DNA of 60,889 nt, the filler included, from Sphacelaria rigidula (taxonomy: Eukaryota): assembly GCA_964200075.2 (NCBI GenBank). It is 9 parts of 9 records of this genome, joined end to end, with 100 filler letters (N's around TTAATTAATTAA, not from the genome) between each part and the next. Parts side by side here need not be neighbours in the genome. Positions count along the whole stretch, not along the records: positions 54,214 to 60,889 come from CAXNAA020018695.1; 8 more parts are not named here. One strand, 5' to 3'. This document shows positions 57,591-60,889 of the stretch, piece after piece. Below the pieces are notes generated by a model, which was not told the DNA's origin, ran no database searches, and was given only the letters and a program-made list of their open reading frames with translations. Positions within the stretch are counted from its first letter, which is position 1, and the number at the start of each line of letters is the position of its first letter. The position numbers and the translations under genes were made by a program.

Positions 57591-60500
57591 GATGCTGCGC
57601 TGACGAACACGCGGGTACGGTGGGGTGGGCGGTAGATAAGTATCTTACCCTCAGAGAAATGACGTCGAAAATGTCACCATGTGCGTTAAGTGGAGTCATT
57701 TTCCACGAAAGAAAACACGTGTTGGTTCTGCGCGCGCGAGTAGAAAAAGCTTCGGGTGCCAGACTCGGAGTTTCATGACCCCTCACGCGCATGATAGTCT
57801 GATGTAAATTATGCGGCATGGGGGAAAACGCTCTCTGACGATAGGCCGGTTTGATTCTTGTGAATTTCGATGTCGCAAGGAAGTCCGTGCTTGCTTGCCG
57901 GGAGACTTCTCCTGCTTGATTTTTGGCGCGAGGTGTGGTGGTGTGGGAGAAGGATCGTGTCTACTTCTAGCGCTGTCCTTCCCTCTGGTGTGGCGGGTGA
58001 AAACAGCTGTTGAATCTGCAAGGGGGGTGCGGTGTTGCGTTTGTTTTTTCGTGCGTGCGCGGAGTCCTGTGTTTCTCCGCCGTTTGCGTGTGTGCGGTGT
58101 ATTGATGTTATTTACGCGGTCGTGCGTCTGCGGGTGCGGTGAGAGTGGTTAGACGAATAAAATATGTTTCCAAAGGCGTTGCCATATATGTATATATATA
58201 TATTCAACGAGTTTTTTGTGCAGTCATTTCATGCACATGCTTGATGCCGAAGCGTTTCATTGTACGCGCTTGTGTTTCCGATAGACACAAACTTTCACTC
58301 TCCCAAGCAACATTTCGACGGGTGTGAGGTTGAGGGAAAGGTTTCACGTACAAGGTATTTTGAGTTGTCGATAACCCCGATATCTAGAGTTACTCGGTAC
58401 TTAGGAAGGTGGATACCCGGGGCACCCCGGCTGCGGGGTACCTGGAAGAATTGGCACATGCTCTGGTCGATACCCTTGATATTCTGGAGTGCATTATTCG
58501 GCCTTAGATATCGATATCCCTTGCAGAGTGGCACATTGGGTTGACGTGCAAAACCGTCTATCCTGAACTATCTTCGCCTCTGTGTACGTCTTCCTGTCTT
58601 CCGATATCGATCTTGAAGTGAAGCCGCCCTTGCTGTTATACCCAGCCCCCAATATGATCAGGCCTCCTCTCTCGGTGCGTTTATTTCGATGCTGTCGGTT
58701 TTTTTTGTGTAGACGCATGTGTTTCGGCGTTTTGGGGGCTTTATGAGGGAAAGACCTAGACATGAATGTCTGTAGTTCAATGTTGGGTGATGCTATACCT
58801 ACTCACCACGCGATGGGTAGGCAGGGTGGGTGGAGGCAACGGTGAGTCAACGTACCTCTTCTCCGCACCTCCTCCCCGAGATGACAGACATGATGTGCTG
58901 TACGGTGACGATGCTAGGGGAGTCGAAGGGGAAGTAAAAGTGGTGCCTTGGTGCTGAATATATGTATGTAGTTGAAATCTATTTTCTGTTGCGAGTGCTG
59001 CTGCTCCTGTTCGTCCGGTCTATGTGCTCTTGTGCATGGGGCGTCCTTGGAGTGCAAGAAAATAGAGAGGTTTGCGATGTTCCGTTTGACGAGGAGAAAA
59101 GTGAAGGCAGGATAAAAACAAATTGAGTAGTAATTGAATATTTTCCCCGCCGTATTTCCTGCATCAGCTGTGGGGAGTAAGGGAGTGGATGCCATGAATT
59201 CGTTTGATGCAATAAATGTAGACAGGAGGACGTTTTTCGGCCAACGTATATCCTTTTCAGTCGGATTTCATTTATTCACTGGGGAAAAAAGGGAGCGGGT
59301 TTTAAATCACTCGCCTCACGAATATGTTCCGCCGTCATCAGATGAGTGCCTCTTCATCGCGGAATGCATGTCCATGAATCATGACCTTTTCGCCAGATTG
59401 AGCGTCTGGCGTTTGAGTGAGTGTGAGCCCATCAGTCTTTTCACAAAGAAAAATAGGTGAAGATTATGCCGATGAATCAGACATCGAGTGCCGCAGGTGT
59501 CCACGCGTGAAATCGGCATCATTTTCACTTGAGAATATACTGCGTGACCCGGTTTGTAAACCGTGGCGGTTGAAGGGTTGACATTTTCAAGAGTTAGTCG
59601 TTGGATATGTAGCTCGAAAGCAAACAAACGCCATTGTACGATGATTCGAAATCGCGACGGGTTGATACCCCACACTCGTATTCAGAGTACGAGCTGGGTC
59701 AGCCTAAAAACGGATTTGAGCTCCTGGAGCAATATCTCATCGACACAGACGAGTTGGGCCGTGATGCGCACATCGTATTGATCGTCTAATCAAGGGGAAG
59801 GTGCCCATCTGGGTCAATATTCTCTCGTTGATTGATCCCCATGTCTAGTAAGTCCTATACCGTACGGAGATAGCGTCCACACTAAAATCTATGTGAAACC
59901 CCGAACAATAAATTCGGCCGATGATGACGATTTTTGGTGTGGACCTTTCCTGGAGCACGGGGAGACGATGGATACCCTCACCTTCACCTAATTCGTAATC
60001 CATCTCGAGATATGGCGCACGTAAGGTTCGATACTAAAATCGATATATTACGAGTAGAGGCACTATATGCCCTAAATCTGGATATCGCGTCTCAGTTTTT
60101 GAGAGTTGTGCTATGAAATTCCGTATGCAGAGCCGCTAGTGCATAATAAAATACTCGAAACAGCGTTCTACCTTTTTTCATATTTTTATCATTTCTTCTC
60201 GTGTTTTTAGTAGAGTTTTGAGGAGAAATGAACATTGCTCTTAGGCCTCATCTCAAAATTTAGCCCATTTGTTAGAATTATGGTTTAAAACTTAGCATGA
60301 AGAACCACGAAGGTGTCGAATCAAAAATAGGCCTTCAACTTTTTTGTCATGGAGGTTAGGGCGTTCCCGTGAAAAAATCGTCGTTAGCATACAAGAACGC
60401 CCTGAACCACTGAAAAAAAAATCAACCTGACCTACTGAGTTTTGTTAGTTATGCCCCTGCGAGAGCCCACACAAAGTTTCAATACACAAAAACCAAACGT

Positions 60501-60852
60501 GGGTCGGTGAGTGGCCTACGAAATACTGTCCCGAATTTCTACCCGACCCGGGTTTTGAAAAGCGAATGCGCCGGCCAATGTTTAGAGTTCGAGCGTAGAA
60601 TTTGGTGTGGACGACGCACAAGGCATGGAAACAATTGCGAGTGTACCAGAAGTTTTTTCTCATGACTTAAGGGCAATCATCAGTTCTCAGGTATCAGTAA
60701 AATGCACTAAGCTCCTGAAAAACAAGCAGTTGATGCTCGTTTAACAAAACGTGGTGTTTCCTGTCGTTAATGCCCGTACAGCTAGAGACTCCGAATCCTA
60801 ATTTGTTCCGCGACGTAACAGTCATCCTACGATAGGGGGGGGGGGGGGGGGG

Positions 60853-60889
60853 TGTTATTTTTTTGCTTGCCTTAGTTGTTTGCCCCTTG
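60853..60889 (-). mobile_element. Degenerate CCHC-LINE 3' end abutting a G-tract
   Basis: TTGCTTGCCTTAGTTGTTTG is the reverse complement of the LINE tail. The G-tract is continuous with a MITE-TIR-like CTACGATAGGGG. Confidence 0.65.

Noticed and set aside
59379..60070. Helitron RepHel relic (DEI...WRLFAFELH..RL)
   Set aside because: Only one short motif resemblance amid stops; it would need a profile search to support.

Overview
Eukaryotic, repeat-rich genomic DNA with spliceosomal GT-AG introns. It is most likely a brown alga or another stramenopile; this is inferred from the style of the repeats and introns, not proven. The window is not contiguous. It consists of nine unrelated small scaffolds (five of 6677 bp, then four of 6676 bp, i.e. 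apparently sorted by length) joined by 100-bp N-TTAATTAATTAA-N linkers. Retroelements: a decayed, near-complete Ty1/Copia element with a nested solo LTR; a Ty3/Gypsy integrase remnant with a chromodomain; many 3' fragments of a CCHC-type LINE; and a tRNA-derived SINE family. DNA transposons: a decayed Tc1/mariner-like transposase and several MITE families (Stowaway-like, hAT-like, a CAG-TSD element, foldbacks). Host genes: scattered exons, including a UIM/MIU + PH-like gene and a 1.6-kb exon with a GAF-like start. The most notable signal is that the LINE, and apparently two diverged relatives, end in a TGAGTAC-like motif followed by a C-tract rather than poly(A). Short copies are C-rich on both sides, which suggests a poly(C)/poly(G)-targeting non-LTR retrotransposon lineage. 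No rRNA, intact tRNA gene or CRISPR array was seen.
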